DNA from: Lama guanicoe | Lineage: Eukaryota | Reading direction: 5' to 3' | Assembly (NCBI GenBank): GCA_013239625.1 | Contig: MU054323.1 | Location: 3,026,161-3,090,160, forward strand | DNA: 64,000 nucleotides | Shown: in pieces, positions 24,601 through 37,667 of the stretch | Layout of the letters: each line of letters begins with the position of its first letter | Numbering within the stretch: position 1 is the stretch's first letter | Notes under the pieces: model-generated | Database searches by the model: none | Told to the model about the DNA's origin: nothing | Seen by the model: only the letters and a program-made list of their open reading frames with translations | Translations under genes and position numbers: made by a program

Positions 24601-25211
24601 TAATTAAAAAATATTAATTTAATATAGGTTTGTGCTGGGGGCCTGAGGCTACAGGGTGGAGGGAACAGGGTTATGGGATTGTGGAATTGTGTGCGGGGAC
24701 CATGGACAAAGGCTGTCCAGGGACTATCCACAGTGTTGGAAGAGCCTCCCTCCTTCCCCAAGGGTGGAAACTGTGTCTTTGGTTTGCCAGCCTGGGTAAA
24801 CCCATAGGAGGCGCTCTTGCTGGAAGCAGCCGGCGATGGGAGACAGAATGACGTGGGGACAGCAAGCGCAGGCAGCGGCAGGAACCCGCTTGGTGTGTGG
24901 AAGCCACCAGGCACGGGCTAGGCGACCTGGCAGGCAGCTCAGGGGGGAGGCCCTGGCTCGTCCCCACCTTGTCCCCAGGACATGGGAGGGCGGCACAAGA
25001 ATGTTGTTCTCCAAAGCCACTGGGACACTTCCTGTCAGTCCACGTAACTGAGTATTACAGTATTTAAATTACAAATTGAAGATTATTTTTACAGGTGTCA
25101 TTTTAAATATAACACGAAATTTCTTGACATTACATCAGCCTCACCACACAAACAGCTGCTCCGGGCCCGCCTGCATGTGTGAGGCACATGGCTGACACTG
25201 GCAGTGGGGGG

Positions 25212-25460
25212 AGTGTGTGTGTGTGTGCGTGTGTGTGTGCCTGACTGGGTTTGTGAAATGTGGGAGGGTCCACGTGACTGGGGGTCAGCATGGGGGAGAG
25301 GGCGTGACTAGGCGTGTATCTGTGTGTGGTAAGGAACGTGTATATGGATGTGTAGTTTGCTCATTGTGAGTGTGAGTGACGATGAACATGTGGGTCTATG
25401 TGTATCCATGTGAATGAAGATTGGGGTGTGTGCATGTGTGTGTGTGTGTCTGTGTGTCTG
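25212..25460 (+). repeat. TG-rich degenerate simple repeat
   Basis: Several (TG)n blocks, e.g. 25213-25239 and 25425-25460. Confidence 0.85.
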
Positions 25461-26544
25461 TGAAAGAGAGAGCGCACTGCAGGATGCTCAGGCCCGGGGT
25501 GCTAGCCCCCAAGCCCACCGAGCTGTCTCCCTCTAGAGCTGCCATGAATTCCGGGCAGTGGACAAGCTCCACTCCCAGGGCAGAGGGGCTGCCGAGGTGG
25601 CCCACGGCAGTGCTGCAGTGCCCTCCAGTGGACACTGTCCCTGGCCCAATCCCCAGCCAGACCCACGAGCTGACTGTGTCCTTCCTGTGCCCAGAGACCC
25701 CACGCCCCAGCTCCTCACGGCCCACCCACATCAAGCGGGGCCGGAAGAGCCCGCTCTGAGCCTCGCTCAGCCCCCAGAGGCAAAGACTTAGGACAGCTTT
25801 CATCCACCTGGGGCTCTCAGCCTTCCCGCCCACCGGGCCAGGCTCAGCCCCAGCATACCCCTGTCCTTTCCACCCTGGTGACGCCCCCACCTCAAGGACA
25901 GGCTCCAAGTTACCTCTTCCAACAAGTGTCCCTTGAGTCCCCAAGCTGGAGAAGCCCCCTTCCCCAAGGCCTTTCCTCAAGGCACTACTGGGTCTCCCGA
26001 CACTGGGCATAGCATGGGCAGGAAGACAGGGAGATGCTTTACAAAGGAGAAGCTGTTCATTGGCTCTTTCCAGTAAGACACGGCAGGGGTCTTTGGAGAG
26101 AGACAGGGAGACAGAATGAGAAGACCCAGGGCCGACTTTCACTGCCCGCTCGTCTGCAGAGCAGGGCACTGTGCTCGAGCCGTGAGTGCGCAACTCAAAT
26201 CCAGCAACTGCTCTAGGAGGTTATTTTCAGAGTGTAAAAGAAGCAGATCTCGGGGAAGGAGTTAAACCTCACAAAAGAAAAACTCCCTGGACTTCCACAT
26301 TACACTGTATTATTCGTGGCACCAGCAAGTGCCCGCAGGTCATCTGGCCACTGGTGACGTGCACACGAAGCACTGTCCAGCCAGCCGCACGGGCACTGCC
26401 CGGCCTCAGCCGGGTCTCCCAGGCTGTCACTGTAATGCCCTGAGGGATGGAGAAGCAGGGGCATCCAATCACAGGGAGCAGGAGAACCATGGGACCACCA
26501 CCCATGCCTGGACTGCCCTCTCAGAATCGCTGGAAACATTTGTT

Positions 26545-26916
26545 TAGGTGGTCCTCAACTTACAACGTTTCGACTTAATGATTTTTCCAGGCAGCCATGT
26601 GATCAAGAGGGTAAACAAACCAATCCACTTATAACCCTTCTGTACCCAGACAACCATTCTGTTTCTCACTCTCAGCACAGTATTCAGTAAATAACTTGGA
26701 TGAGCTATTCAACACTTCATTTTAAAATCAGCTTTGTGTTAGGTGATTTTGCCCAGCTGTAGGAGAATGTACGTGTTCTGAGCACATTTAAGGTAGGCTA
26801 GGCTAAGGTATGATGTTCGGTGGGTTAGGTGTATTAAATGCATCTTCAACTTATGATACTTTCAACTGATGATGGGTTTACTGGGACGTAACCTCATCAT
26901 AAGTCGAGGAAGTCTG
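26545..26916 (-). mobile_element. MER47-type (Tigger5-derived, TcMar) MITE
   Basis: Imperfect TIRs (GGTCCTCAACTTAC / ATAAGTCGAGGAAGTCTG, followed by TA); internal AGGTAGGCTAGGCTAAGGTATGATGTTCGGTGGGTTAGGTGTATTAAATGCAT. Confidence 0.9.
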
Positions 26917-27919
26917 TACCAATACTGAGCTGGGTACCCTGAGGGCTCACTCCCAGCAGCTTACTGGGCCAGGTCTAAAGGTTTAGTCCACCCAGAGGCC
27001 CAGACTTCTCCCTGCCCTGCCCCCTTCTCCCAGGCTCATCTGGCATTGCTCTGCTCCAACATCAACATCCTGGGCTCACTTTCGGGAAAAAAGGGAAACC
27101 AGAAGCATCTGTGCAAGATGGAACAGGAAAGGGGACAGGGCGAAGGAGCCAGTTGTCTTGACAACACGCCAAATCCACAACATGGGACTGAATATGCAAA
27201 CCAAAGGGCTCCAAGGAGGGTTTCTCTTGGCTGTGTCCAGAGTGGGTGTGGATGCTCAGCCCCAAGCCAGGTGACCAGCTTCTCCCCTGCAGGCCTGAGA
27301 GGTCCCTTTCCAGGCAGCAGGCCTGGGCCCCTCCACTTCCAGCCCGCAGCTCAGGGCCAGGCACTCCCACGGTGCACAGCTCCCTGGTTCTCTCCTCCCC
27401 TCCCGTTAGAGCTGCAGGATGTCAGAGCTGAGGGCGGCAGGTCCAGGGTGGAGAAGCAGAGACCCAGAGCGCCCCATGGCACAAAAAGAGGCAAGAATAT
27501 GCATGAAAATAGCCCCAAACACACAGCAATCCGGTGGCTACCACCTGCTCGGACTTTCAGCCCCCACTAACTTTCCAGGTGGCCTCTTCCAAGTCTAAGC
27601 TATTTCTGTCTAAAGTCTTTACTGCCTCTTTGTGTTGCTATCTCTTGTCTCCCTCCATGTGTCTATCATGGGAAGTGCAAGAGAATCCTTCCATGCTGCA
27701 AATACATCAGATGATATCGGGGTCTTAACCTTGGCCTCCTTGCAAAGCTCTGATTCCTCACCTGCCACTTTTCAAAGTGCACCTCACTGCTTTGAGGAGC
27801 CAAGGCTTTCAAACAGGTGTAAAAGTGGCTTACGGTCTCACACTAATGGTGATGACTGTGAAAAAGGAGGATGGAGCCACAGAGGATGGCAGTGTGCACT
27901 TACAGTCTAAGACAGAAAT

Positions 27920-28090
27920 CAATATCGTCATCATCACCATCATCATCGTCTATAATGATTGTTGATTCTTATGTATGTCAAGCCGTGTACTAAGCACTTT
28001 ACACAGATTATCTCATTTAAATTTTACAGCAAACCAACAAGGAGGATCCGACTGTTTTCCCACTGGGCAGATGAGAGGGCGAAACTGTGC
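27920..28090 (-). mobile_element. MIR SINE
   Basis: GTGTACTAAGCACTTTACACAGATTATCTCATTTAA...CCCACTGGGCAGATGAG. Confidence 0.75.
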
Positions 28091-28331
28091 CATCACTACT
28101 GGCAGCACGGCCTTGCCTGCTCTCCATTCCAGCTTCTCCATGCCCACAAGTGCCTGACCCGCATTTTTCAAACTGTGTTCAAGCAAATCACTAGCGGGCT
28201 TACAAAATAAATATTGTAGGTCACAAGAAGCATTTTAAAATGAAAGAATAGAGTGAAATGTTCCAAGTGCATCCTACATAGTAGGGGTAAGCATTGTCCC
28301 ATGATGCTTTTGTTTCAATTTATAGGCACTG

Positions 28332-28398
28332 ATATATACATATATATACACACATATATATATACATACATATATACACACATATATATACACACACA
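28332..28398. repeat. (TA)/(CA) mixed alternating microsatellite
   Basis: Direct inspection. Confidence 0.9.
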
Positions 28399-29879
28399 GG
28401 ATGCAATGGACTATGATTTTACATATATTTCTAAAGAAGCTGTTGTGCTATACTCTCCACCCAGCATCTGAGTTTTCTATCCAGCACTCCCCACTCTGCA
28501 CACTCTGGGTGTCTCCTCACCACCTCCCGTGGTTCCCTGCTGCCCTGGTTTGCTGAGGAGCAGCCACTAAGCTCCACGGACACTGTCATGGGAGCAGGCT
28601 AACTGGTGGGCTGCTGGGGTGGAGTCCTAAGAACGCCTTCACCATCTGCCTCCTGCTTCAGTGTGGTGCTTCCATCTGCCCTGCAGGACTGACGTTTCCC
28701 AAAAGAGGCTTAACGGCTTCTTCCTCTCTGAGCGGTCAGGTTAGTGCCTTTGGCTACAGAACTGGCACAGGTGCACTGCAGGTGGGCGTCCTCATTAAAC
28801 TATTTTCTGCATCTTGGTCCCATAAGGACAGCTCTAGGGGAACGTTCTAATAAGCACTTCATTTGCAGTGGCCTCTCCAGGTTGGGAAGTATGGTCCCAG
28901 TTTCATCAGCAGAGGTGGAGGGAAGCCTGGTCCCCTCTGAGTCTTCTCTGCCAGCCAGCTGCAGCTGGACCAGCTCACACAGAAGTGGAGAAGTCAGGGG
29001 AGGGTGCCCTCTCCTCTCCTCGCAGCTCCTAACTTGTGACACATCAGCATATCACAGTCTGTCCTAGCCATGGACAAGCCCCAAAGCAGAAACGTGAGCT
29101 TCCATTCTAGGCTGCTCCTCCTGGTCTAAAAGGTGCTCTATGAGAAAAGATTCACTGATGGTGACATTCCAGGTGGAGTGGATGGCATTGGATGGAAGTC
29201 ACTCCATACCAAGGCCCAACTACTTCACTTCCAGGAGACCCCATCCCTTTCCTCTATGAAGCTCTGGGCCCAACTTTCCCCGATCAGCCTCCCACAACAC
29301 CCAAGCCAAGTAAGAGAAGACTCCAAATATCCCCTAGGAACCAGGCAGAGGAGTCAGGGAGACACACTTGGGTCTTAGACTAGTAATTCACTTGCCATTC
29401 ACCCAGGGCTTCAGGACCCAAAGGGGGACATTTGTCAATGACAAACTGGAAATGCTGAGGATCAGCACAGAAGGTCAGAGTTAGGATCATCAAAATTCAG
29501 AAGAGAAAGAGACATGTGGGCAGAAGTATAGAGTTCCTAGAAAGAGTGACTGGAGTAAGGACTTAGAAAATGATAGATGAAGGGACCATACAGAAGACAA
29601 GGGCAGAAATGGGCTTTGCAAGCAGGGAAGATGGCACGAACAAAGAGGAGGGAGATGAAAAGTAGAGGGCATGTTTGGGGGGAAATGGGTAGATTAGCCA
29701 AGCTAGAGAAGTCTATTAACTGGGGAGGAGCAATGCGCGGAGAGCAGCGTCTCCAGCTGACCTGAAGAGGGTCTGCAAGCAGTGAAGCAGAGTATAACAT
29801 TGAGATCCCCCCCCGTTCGCTACAGCTGTCCCTCAAATCCATAAATCAGTCCCCAACCCTCTCTAATACTCAAAAAAAA

Positions 29880-30240
29880 ACTCACTAAGTATCCACTCTG
29901 CTCAGTACTGTGCTGAGTGTTAGATTTCAGCAATGACTCAGACGCCACCCCTATACTCAAGGGCCTAGTAAAGCAGACAAGCAAGTACAAATTCCATTTC
30001 AACAGAACACAACCAGAGCCAGGACAGAGGTATGTACAGGACATGATGGAAGCTCAGAGGAGGCATCTAACTCAACCTGGGGGCCAAGGAAGATGCTCCC
30101 AAAAGCTGCTAACTGAACTGAGTCTTAAAAGGAGAGGCGGGGTCTGCCAGGGGGAAAGGGAGAAAAGAACATTTCAAGCCAAGGGAACAGCATGTCCAAG
30201 CAAGGCAGCTAGGAACCATGAGAAGCGCAGAATGACCTAG
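29880..30240 (-). mobile_element. L2 fragment
   Basis: CACTAAGTATCCACTCTGCTCAGTACTGTGCTGAG...GAGGAGGCATCTAACTCAACCTGGGG...GAACTGAGTCTTAAAAGG...AAGGGAACAGCATGTCCAA. Confidence 0.8.
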
Positions 30241-32439
30241 AAACAGGTCAGATGCCAACATAGGAGAACTATGTGGGAAGGAGGGAGATCAGACAGCAAG
30301 GGAGGACATAGGAAGTCTTTGCGGAGCCAGATCTATCCCTAAAAGGGGAAAACCCGCACCCAAGCCCAAGGGAAGACGGGCATCCCTTAATGGGGGAAGA
30401 GGGGTAGGAGGTGTGGCGTTGGGCCCCCCACGGCTGAGGCTGCTGCTCCTGCTGCTGCCGACACTCTGGCTCCCCCGGAGGGTGCAACCCCCACTGAAGG
30501 CCAAGGCCAGAGCATGTCAAGCATCCTTCCAAAAAGCTTATTCTTAGCAAAGGCTTTCCTATGACCTTTCTTGGAGAGGAAAAGACAAACACTCTTCACC
30601 AAAGCTGTTCCCTGCCCAGCTTTCCAAAGAACTACTTCCCCGCTAGCCTTATGAGGGGGTGAAACCCCCAGAGATCAGGGTTAGGAGGAGCAACTGAAGG
30701 AAGATTGCCAGAGAGCAGAGAAGAGGGGTCTGATTAAAGTCTATCAACTATGAGGTTGTTCTTGGGGCAAGTGCACTTGGCAGGAACATTTCAGTTCATG
30801 TAGGTTGTTCCACTGGCAGATCCTTTTTTAAAATAGGGGAAAAAATAACCTCTGTAGATGGTGAAAGGTGATTCATTAAGACCACTACAAAGCATGTACT
30901 GAATCTCGAGGGAAGGTGACAAAAAACCCATCAGTTTCACACATAGAAAGGCAAAAGCAGATTTATCTATATCTCCAACACATAATAATTATAAAACCTA
31001 ATATGGGGGGGTGGTTATATTATTTGAAGGAAGGTTTAAAATGTGGGCAAAATATGAATAATTAGGAAAAATAAAAGAGCAGCAGATCTAAAGCCAAGAC
31101 TAACCCTTCATGGGGAGTAGACAACTCAAGGGTAGGTGGATGCCAGGTCCCGGCTCTGGCATCCAGCTCCAGGAGGCGCCACAAGCAGCTCAGAGGAGAT
31201 CAGAAAGAATCACCCCCTTGTCCAAGCTCTAGAAGCGCCACTCACTGTGTCACCCTAACCTGGGCGGCTCCTTCTCCCGTCACACATCCATGCCCTGCTT
31301 CCCAGAGGGATGGCGGATACCCCAAGAGCAGGGACCATGCGGAGAAATGAGTCAGTGTGGGTTTCCAGCCATCTAGTCCCAACCTGCCTTCCTCCTGGCC
31401 CCCCGGCCTTCCTCCCTGTACCACCATCCTGGTGCCCGTTAAGACCTGTCACGTTTGCAGGTGAGATGCACTTGGAGAGAGGATCAACTACAATTCCTGC
31501 ACAAAGAGGGAGCCAGGCTGGCAGGGGGACCTGGGAGCCTCCTCATTCCAATCTCCTGTGTGGACCCTTTGATCAGAGTCCTCAGTTTTGTTCAGGATAT
31601 TCCTGAAAGCTTAAACACCTCCTGCAAATTAGACCCACTACTTTTTATTTTTCATTATATTTCCTTCCTTTTTTTGTTCCACAGCCGTTTTCTCAATTCA
31701 GTGTGGGAACAGAGTTATGGACACCTGACTCCTTCGTAGGTTAATCCCAGTGAGGAAACAGACAAGGAATTGGAACCCAGGTGTTGATGGGGTCTCCTCC
31801 CTTGAAAATCGAAGTAAAGTTGGTACACGCCCAGCAGAGCCACACATTTTGGAAAGCTCAGTGGCTTCTCTGGAGTTTTTGTGTGTTCTAAGGAGAGCCA
31901 GTACCCTCATGTTCGTTCGTCCATCTGAGATGTCCTTCCTCCTCTGAATTCTCGTTCTTTCCTCTGTGTGTTATGGATGTTAATTTATTTCCACCATGGA
32001 AGAGACCCAGACAAGAACCCATCTCCCTTTTTGGATTTATACCACACACCCACACAAGTAGTTAGTGTGTGGGGTAAATTTTACAGGTTTGGGGAGGTGA
32101 AGGAGGTTTATATCTCAAAAATGCCTATAACTTTCATTGAACATGAGTTATTCTGGTCCTGAAATTCTTTGGCCAGTCCACCATGCTGGTCAGCCGTCCT
32201 CTCGCCATCTGACTCCCCCAGTCTGTTCTCACAGACACCACTATTCTCAGCTAGTTCTTATACACAACAATTTAGTCAATGCCTTGGTCTCCTTGACCTC
32301 CTGCTAATTCAGGTTCCCAGAGTCCACCCTCTAAACCAAGTGGTTTGTCAAGATATTTTCCTATACAAATTCAATCCCTTCCTCAAGAGAAATTCTGTAC
32401 CATTTATGAAGAAAAAGTATCTTCCCTTGCATAGCTGGG

Positions 32440-33200
32440 CATTTACTATTGTCTGTGAGCAGACTGCGGTGTGGGAACATATCGAATGCTATGAGGGCGC
32501 AGAGAAGGACAGGCCTAAACTAAGGGAGTCAGAAAAGCTATCTCAGGGGAAGTGACCTGTAAGCTGAGACCAGGAAAACGAGCAGAATTAGCCAAGAGAA
32601 GAGGGCAAGGGGGCAGAGGCAGAGGAGAAGCACAAACAACATCCTAGAAGCTGCTGGAGAGAGCTTGACACATTCAGGGCACCACGAGAGGTTCACAGTG
32701 GCTGGGAAGGGACAGGGTGGGTGGGGGCGGGGAACACGATGATGGAGAAAGCCAGGAAAGAGCCCAGCCCAGCTGCACCCTATCGGTCAGGCCAAGAGGT
32801 TAGGACTTGTTCCAGGAGGCAATGGGGAACCACCAAAGGCTTCAGACAGCAAAGTGACACAGTCAGATTCACACTTTAGAAAGAAGAGCCACAGCCAAAC
32901 GATGAAAAGTCTATGATTAAGAGGCAAGACTAGAAGTAGAGACGAGAGGGAGGTTAGCACTGTGGTCCACATGGGAAAGCTGATGGCGGCCTGGACCAGG
33001 GAGGGTCCAGTGCGAAAGAAGAGATGGACATAACTTCCCGAGAAAGGGAGCTGCCATCCCCTGAGGTGGAGTGGGAGGAGGGAGTACTGGACCACTCCAA
33101 GTTCTCTGAACTGGGAAGCTGGGGGCAGGAGGTATCCGAGATGGAGAACATGAGAGAGAGAACAGGCGTGTCTGGGAGAGATGCACCTGACTCTCCCCTG
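32440..33200 (-). mobile_element. Long L2 fragment
   Basis: GGAGTCAGAAAAGCTATCTCAGGGGAAGTGACC; GGCAATGGGGAACCACCAAAGGCTT; GTGACACAGTCAGATTCACACTTTAGAAAGA; GACCACTCCAAGTTCTCTG. Confidence 0.85.
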
Positions 33201-35214
33201 CCCGATGTACAAAGGCACATGGGTTCCCATCTGGGAACTGCACCCAGCCCTCGGAAGCCCCCTGATGGAAGGGCACCCAGAGAGACCTGAACAAAAAAAA
33301 AGCAGCTGCATATTTTTCTCAAACATTGTGACAAACCAACGGACGGGTCTGGTGGCCGTTGAGTGGGCCAACCCAGTTCCAACCTGCCTGGGCGACCCTC
33401 CCCGGCTCCAATCCTACAGCCTCCCTCAGCAGGAAGTTCCGGGTCCAACCACATCTCCCCAACCTGGGTCTCATGAGCTCGAAATCACACACTGGCAGCT
33501 TTCCCCCGGCCTGAGAGGAGACGCCTGTTTGTTCTCTTCCACACACACAGCCATTCATCAAGTCCAGAAAAGCCAAACGCAAAGGTAACATCACTTAGCC
33601 AGGCTGCAATTAGCAGATTAGCGGCTTGTTGCTCTTGTCCTGTGTCCCACTCTGTGACCTCACGAAGGCCCAGAGCGTCTCAACATGGGGCTGCTCCAGG
33701 AAAGGGCCCATCGACTTCTCTGGCAAAAAATCCCCCAGCCTGTCACCGTGAGTTTCCCTGTTGTAGAGCTAAACTACAACTGATGTTCTGTCTCTATCAA
33801 TTTCTCAGGAATGCTGGGACGCGAGCCCAGTATTAATGAAGACAGCAGAAAGGCAGGCATGAGATTGGCCCCACTCCAGAGCTGACGGAGAGCGTGGATC
33901 CTGAGTAATTCCCAGAGACCTGGAGAGGCCTGAACACTGCAAAACAAGCAGGCCCCGGGGTCACACACAAGGCTAGGTGGGGCAGACAGATGCCGAAAAG
34001 TCTTGGAAGTGAATTTCTGCTGGGAAAAACAGCCTCAAGATCGCCCCTTTTATCATCATGTATCGTTTTCACTATTCAAGAAAGGCAATTCCACTCCGGA
34101 TTAAAAGGATGCCCTCATAGGTATGTACATAAGGTAGCACCCTGTCACACTCACACACACACACACTCACACACTCTCACACACATTCGAGGACAAGGGC
34201 AAAGCCAGAACCACCTCTCAAGAAAGGGGCTGATGGTACATCCCCATATGTTTGACCAAATCCCTCAGCACCTCTCAGAATTGCCTCTCCAGTCAGAAGC
34301 CCTCCCAGGTCACAAGCAGGGGAAGCCTTGATTGGTGTGGGAGGCCACTCTGGTATCAGATTAAAAGCCAATATAAGGCTTGTCTTCATCTCAGTTTGAA
34401 AAATGAAGAGAAACCGGTCATTGGCTCCCGTTTCTCAGACAGCGTCACTTGGGGGCTTCTGGTTTCAGAACCTTTTTTTAATCATATATAATCCCTTAAT
34501 CCTTCCAAACTGACCAGCTCCTTTCAAGTTTTAACTGGCCCCAGTGAAGCTGGAACAATTCAGCTAAACCAAAAACCTCCATCAAACCATCTTACCGCCT
34601 CTAGGATGTGGATCTCTGAGGATCTGGAAAACACTGCCGGCTCCATGGGTACACAAAGTAACCCAAGGGTGATGGAGGGATATTCAGAGCATTGCAGATA
34701 AACACACCTGCCTCACAAACTCTCAAAAGAATCAAAATAAATAAATGGAAAATGCTGCCTGTGCTTGATAAAGATACTGGTATCACTAAGGTTATGATCA
34801 TTTTAACACTGCCCTGAGGTGGTTGGGGGAAGGGAACTTATTCATATGCCCCAAAGCCCTCAACTCCTCCTGGAATGTATAAGCAACCACTTTTTTCTTC
34901 TGTAGCCACTCTCAAACCACCTCACCAGCAATGTGCAAAAGACAATGGATGTTCATAATAATGCAATGCCTCTAGTGTGTGCTGTTAAGGGATTTTCATG
35001 GGAATTTAATTTATAGCAGTCATAATAACTACTGCAATGGTCTTGGTAGAAAGGGATGTCGGAAAGACAAAGGACAAGAGCTACAAAAAGAAAGAGAGAA
35101 AAGGAGGAGAAAGCAGGAGAGAATGTGGGTCCTTCCATGCAGTCAATGCTCAATACAGATTTGAGAAGGCAAGTTAAATGAACACACATCAGAAACTCAG
35201 CACATCAGGAAAAT

Positions 35215-35730
35215 GCACTAGACTTAGATAGAAATGGGTTTGTATTCCAAGCTTGGTCTCTTCCTAGACTTGCAATCTTGGAGACTACTTATGTCTTAGT
35301 CAATGTGGGCTGCTGTAACAAAATACCATAAACTGGGTGGCATCAACAACAGAAGTGTATTTTCTCACAGTTCTGGAGGCTGGAAGTCTGAGATCGAGGT
35401 GCCAGCATGGTCAGGTTCCAGTGAGAGCTCGCTTGCTGGCGTGCACATGGCCACCTTCTCCCCGTGTGCTCATGGGGCCTTTCCTGGGGGCACGCACACA
35501 GAGAAAACTCAAACTGTCGGCTGTTTCTTCCTTAGGCGCACTAAGCACATCAGACATGGGCCCTGCCCTCAAGACCTAATCAGCTCCCAAAGGCCCCATC
35601 TCGGAATCCCATCAAGTCGGGGTTAGGGCTTCAACATACAAATTTGGGGCGGGGGCGGTTCAGTCCAATACAACTTCTTTAAACTTCCGTTACCTCATTT
35701 ACAAAATGAAACTAATAACAATTCCTACAT
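35215..35730 (+). mobile_element. MIR interrupted by the MLT1 LTR
   Basis: Left half GGGTTTGTATTCCAAGC...ATCTTGGAGACTACTTA and right half ACTTC...CCTCATTTACAAAATGAAACTAATAA join into one MIR. Confidence 0.7.
35292..35672 (-). mobile_element. MaLR solo LTR (MLT1A-like) inserted into a MIR
   Basis: TGTCTTAGTC...GCTGCTGTAACAAAATACCATAAACTGGGTGG...TCTCACAGTTCTGGAGGCTGGAAGTC...TTCAGTCCAATACA; 5-bp TSD ACTTA/ACTTC. Confidence 0.92.
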
Positions 35731-37293
35731 TTGTTTAATGCATTTCCTTCTACTCCTTGCTCTAGCTTGTCTGGAAGCTACACACTCTGGGATATTGCTG
35801 ATAACCAATTCTGAACTTCCTGATGGATAGGATACCTGGATGGTACCCGCCTTCTCTGCGCATACATGTTCAGAAGATGCACTCAGCAAGGGGGCTGCCA
35901 AAAGCCGAGGTGAAGCCAGTGAGGAGTCATTGCTGCAACAAGGCTATCTAGGTACAAGCTGCTGTGAATACACCTTAAGGTCTTACAAGCACCCAAGACT
36001 CAAGACTATTTCAAAGAGCAGAAGTGGGGACACCGAAGTGAATGACAGGTGGCACTTAGTTATGGGAGAATTCAGGAGATCACAGACCTATATTTCAGTT
36101 TCTGAGAGGAGATTGAAACCTTATGTTAAAGAGACATGTGATGCCTGAAGGCATCCAAGACTATTTCTATGGAGACAGAGGGAGGGGCCGCACAAAGAAT
36201 TCCTGCCACTGCCCTGAGCTCTAGCGGGACCCGCGTGGCAGCCACTTTGCGTGGCGTTCCCATCAGTTAGAGCTCTGTTTACCTACGGGCACTGAACTTG
36301 GGGGATTCTGGGGTGTCTCAGTTGCCCAAACCACCGCTCAGGGACAAAGTTCAGGACAATATGTGCCCTTTCCAAAAGGCCTTGCATACTGGAGCTCTAT
36401 GCATGAAGACCACCCCCTCCAGGACCCAGACCTCTGAAGCCTGCTCCTCCCTCTCTCTCCCCGTCATGGGACAGATCCAGTGACTGGGGTTTCACAGGGC
36501 ACCCTACTCTGGGCTACAGTGTCAGGGAGCCTGTGGCTCTGACTACACTTTCCAATGCTCACTCTGGGCACTGAGCACTCACCACCGCCATGATGAATCC
36601 CAAAGCACCTCTGCCAGCAGCAGTTACACTGTATTCAGGGCTGTCTGCTTCCTAAGGCCCTGGGTGTGCTTTTCCTCCAGCCCCTTCCTCAAAGGGCACG
36701 GGTTGCTAGAATGTGTAAATGCTGAAGGATGAGACTCAGTGTCCTTAATGCTAGAACTGGGGCTGGAACTGGGCATTTCCCACATCAGCTGTATCCATGC
36801 TATTTCTTCACAGTGACCCCACAGTGTGCACGCTACTGTCGTCTTGGTTTTTTCACACATCTCTTTGTCCCCACAAGACCATGAACAACTGCAGGGCAGA
36901 GATCAAGTCTCTCACCTCTGTATCCCATTAGACACTGTTTTTGCCTTGAAATAGCCACAATTTTGCTAAGACAAAATATGCATTAACAGTGTGGAGTGTG
37001 GGACTTTACCTGTTGGCTCAGAATAGTGGCTAAGGGCCAAAGTGATGGACAAAAGATGCAGAGCATCCCATATGCTTAATTCGGAGAGGTACCATCTCTC
37101 CTCACTGCTCCAAGGTACCAGAATCAACTCTACCACCACAAACCACCAGCCTCAGTCAACACAAAAGAGAACTGGAGAGACGGAGAGGGGTGGTCTGCAT
37201 ATTTAGGGGGCCATGTTCAGGGAGAAATGCCATGCCTTCCTGCCAAAGCAAGAGAAGAGGAAGACTCCAAGAATCACTTGTAAAGATTAGATT

Positions 37294-37667
37294 TTTTTAT
37301 GGATTGAATTGTGTGCCTCCCCTGCTCAAAAAAACGTATGTTGAAGTACTAATGCCCAGTACCTCAAAATGTGACCTTATTTGGAAATAGGGTCATGGCA
37401 GATACAGTTAGTTACAATGAGGTCATACTGGAGTTAGGTGGTCCCTGGTGGGATGTGACTGGTATCCTTATATAAGGAACACCATGTGAAGAGAGGCACA
37501 TACACACACACAGGGAGAGTGCCATGTGGAGGCTGGAGTTACACTGTCACAAGCCAAGGAACCACCAGAAGGTAGGAGAGAGGCCCAGAACAGAGACAAT
37601 ACATTCCGATGTTCTAAGATAACTGGTTTGCGATGCTTTGTTAGGGTGAACCTGGGAACCCAATACA
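37294..37667 (+). mobile_element. MaLR solo LTR (MLT1B/C-like, internally deleted)
   Basis: TATGGATTGAATTGTGT...CCCAGTACCTCAAAATGTGACCTTATTTGGAAATAGGGTC...CACAAGCCAAGGAACCACCAGAAG...GGGAACCCAATACA. Confidence 0.9.

Noticed and set aside
25396..26193. Longest ORF in the track (265 aa, minus strand)
   Set aside because: Lies in GC-rich sequence, runs into a TG/CA repeat (THTHT), has a non-ATG start and shows no recognisable domain.
28568..28588. REST/RE1-like site CTAAGCTCCACGGACACTGTC
   Set aside because: Only 15/21 match, with mismatches in both conserved half-sites.
30410..30550. Signal-peptide-like frame (ALGPPRLRLLLLLLPTLW)
   Set aside because: No nearby in-frame ATG, no donor, and an early stop; it derives from a short CTG/GCT run.
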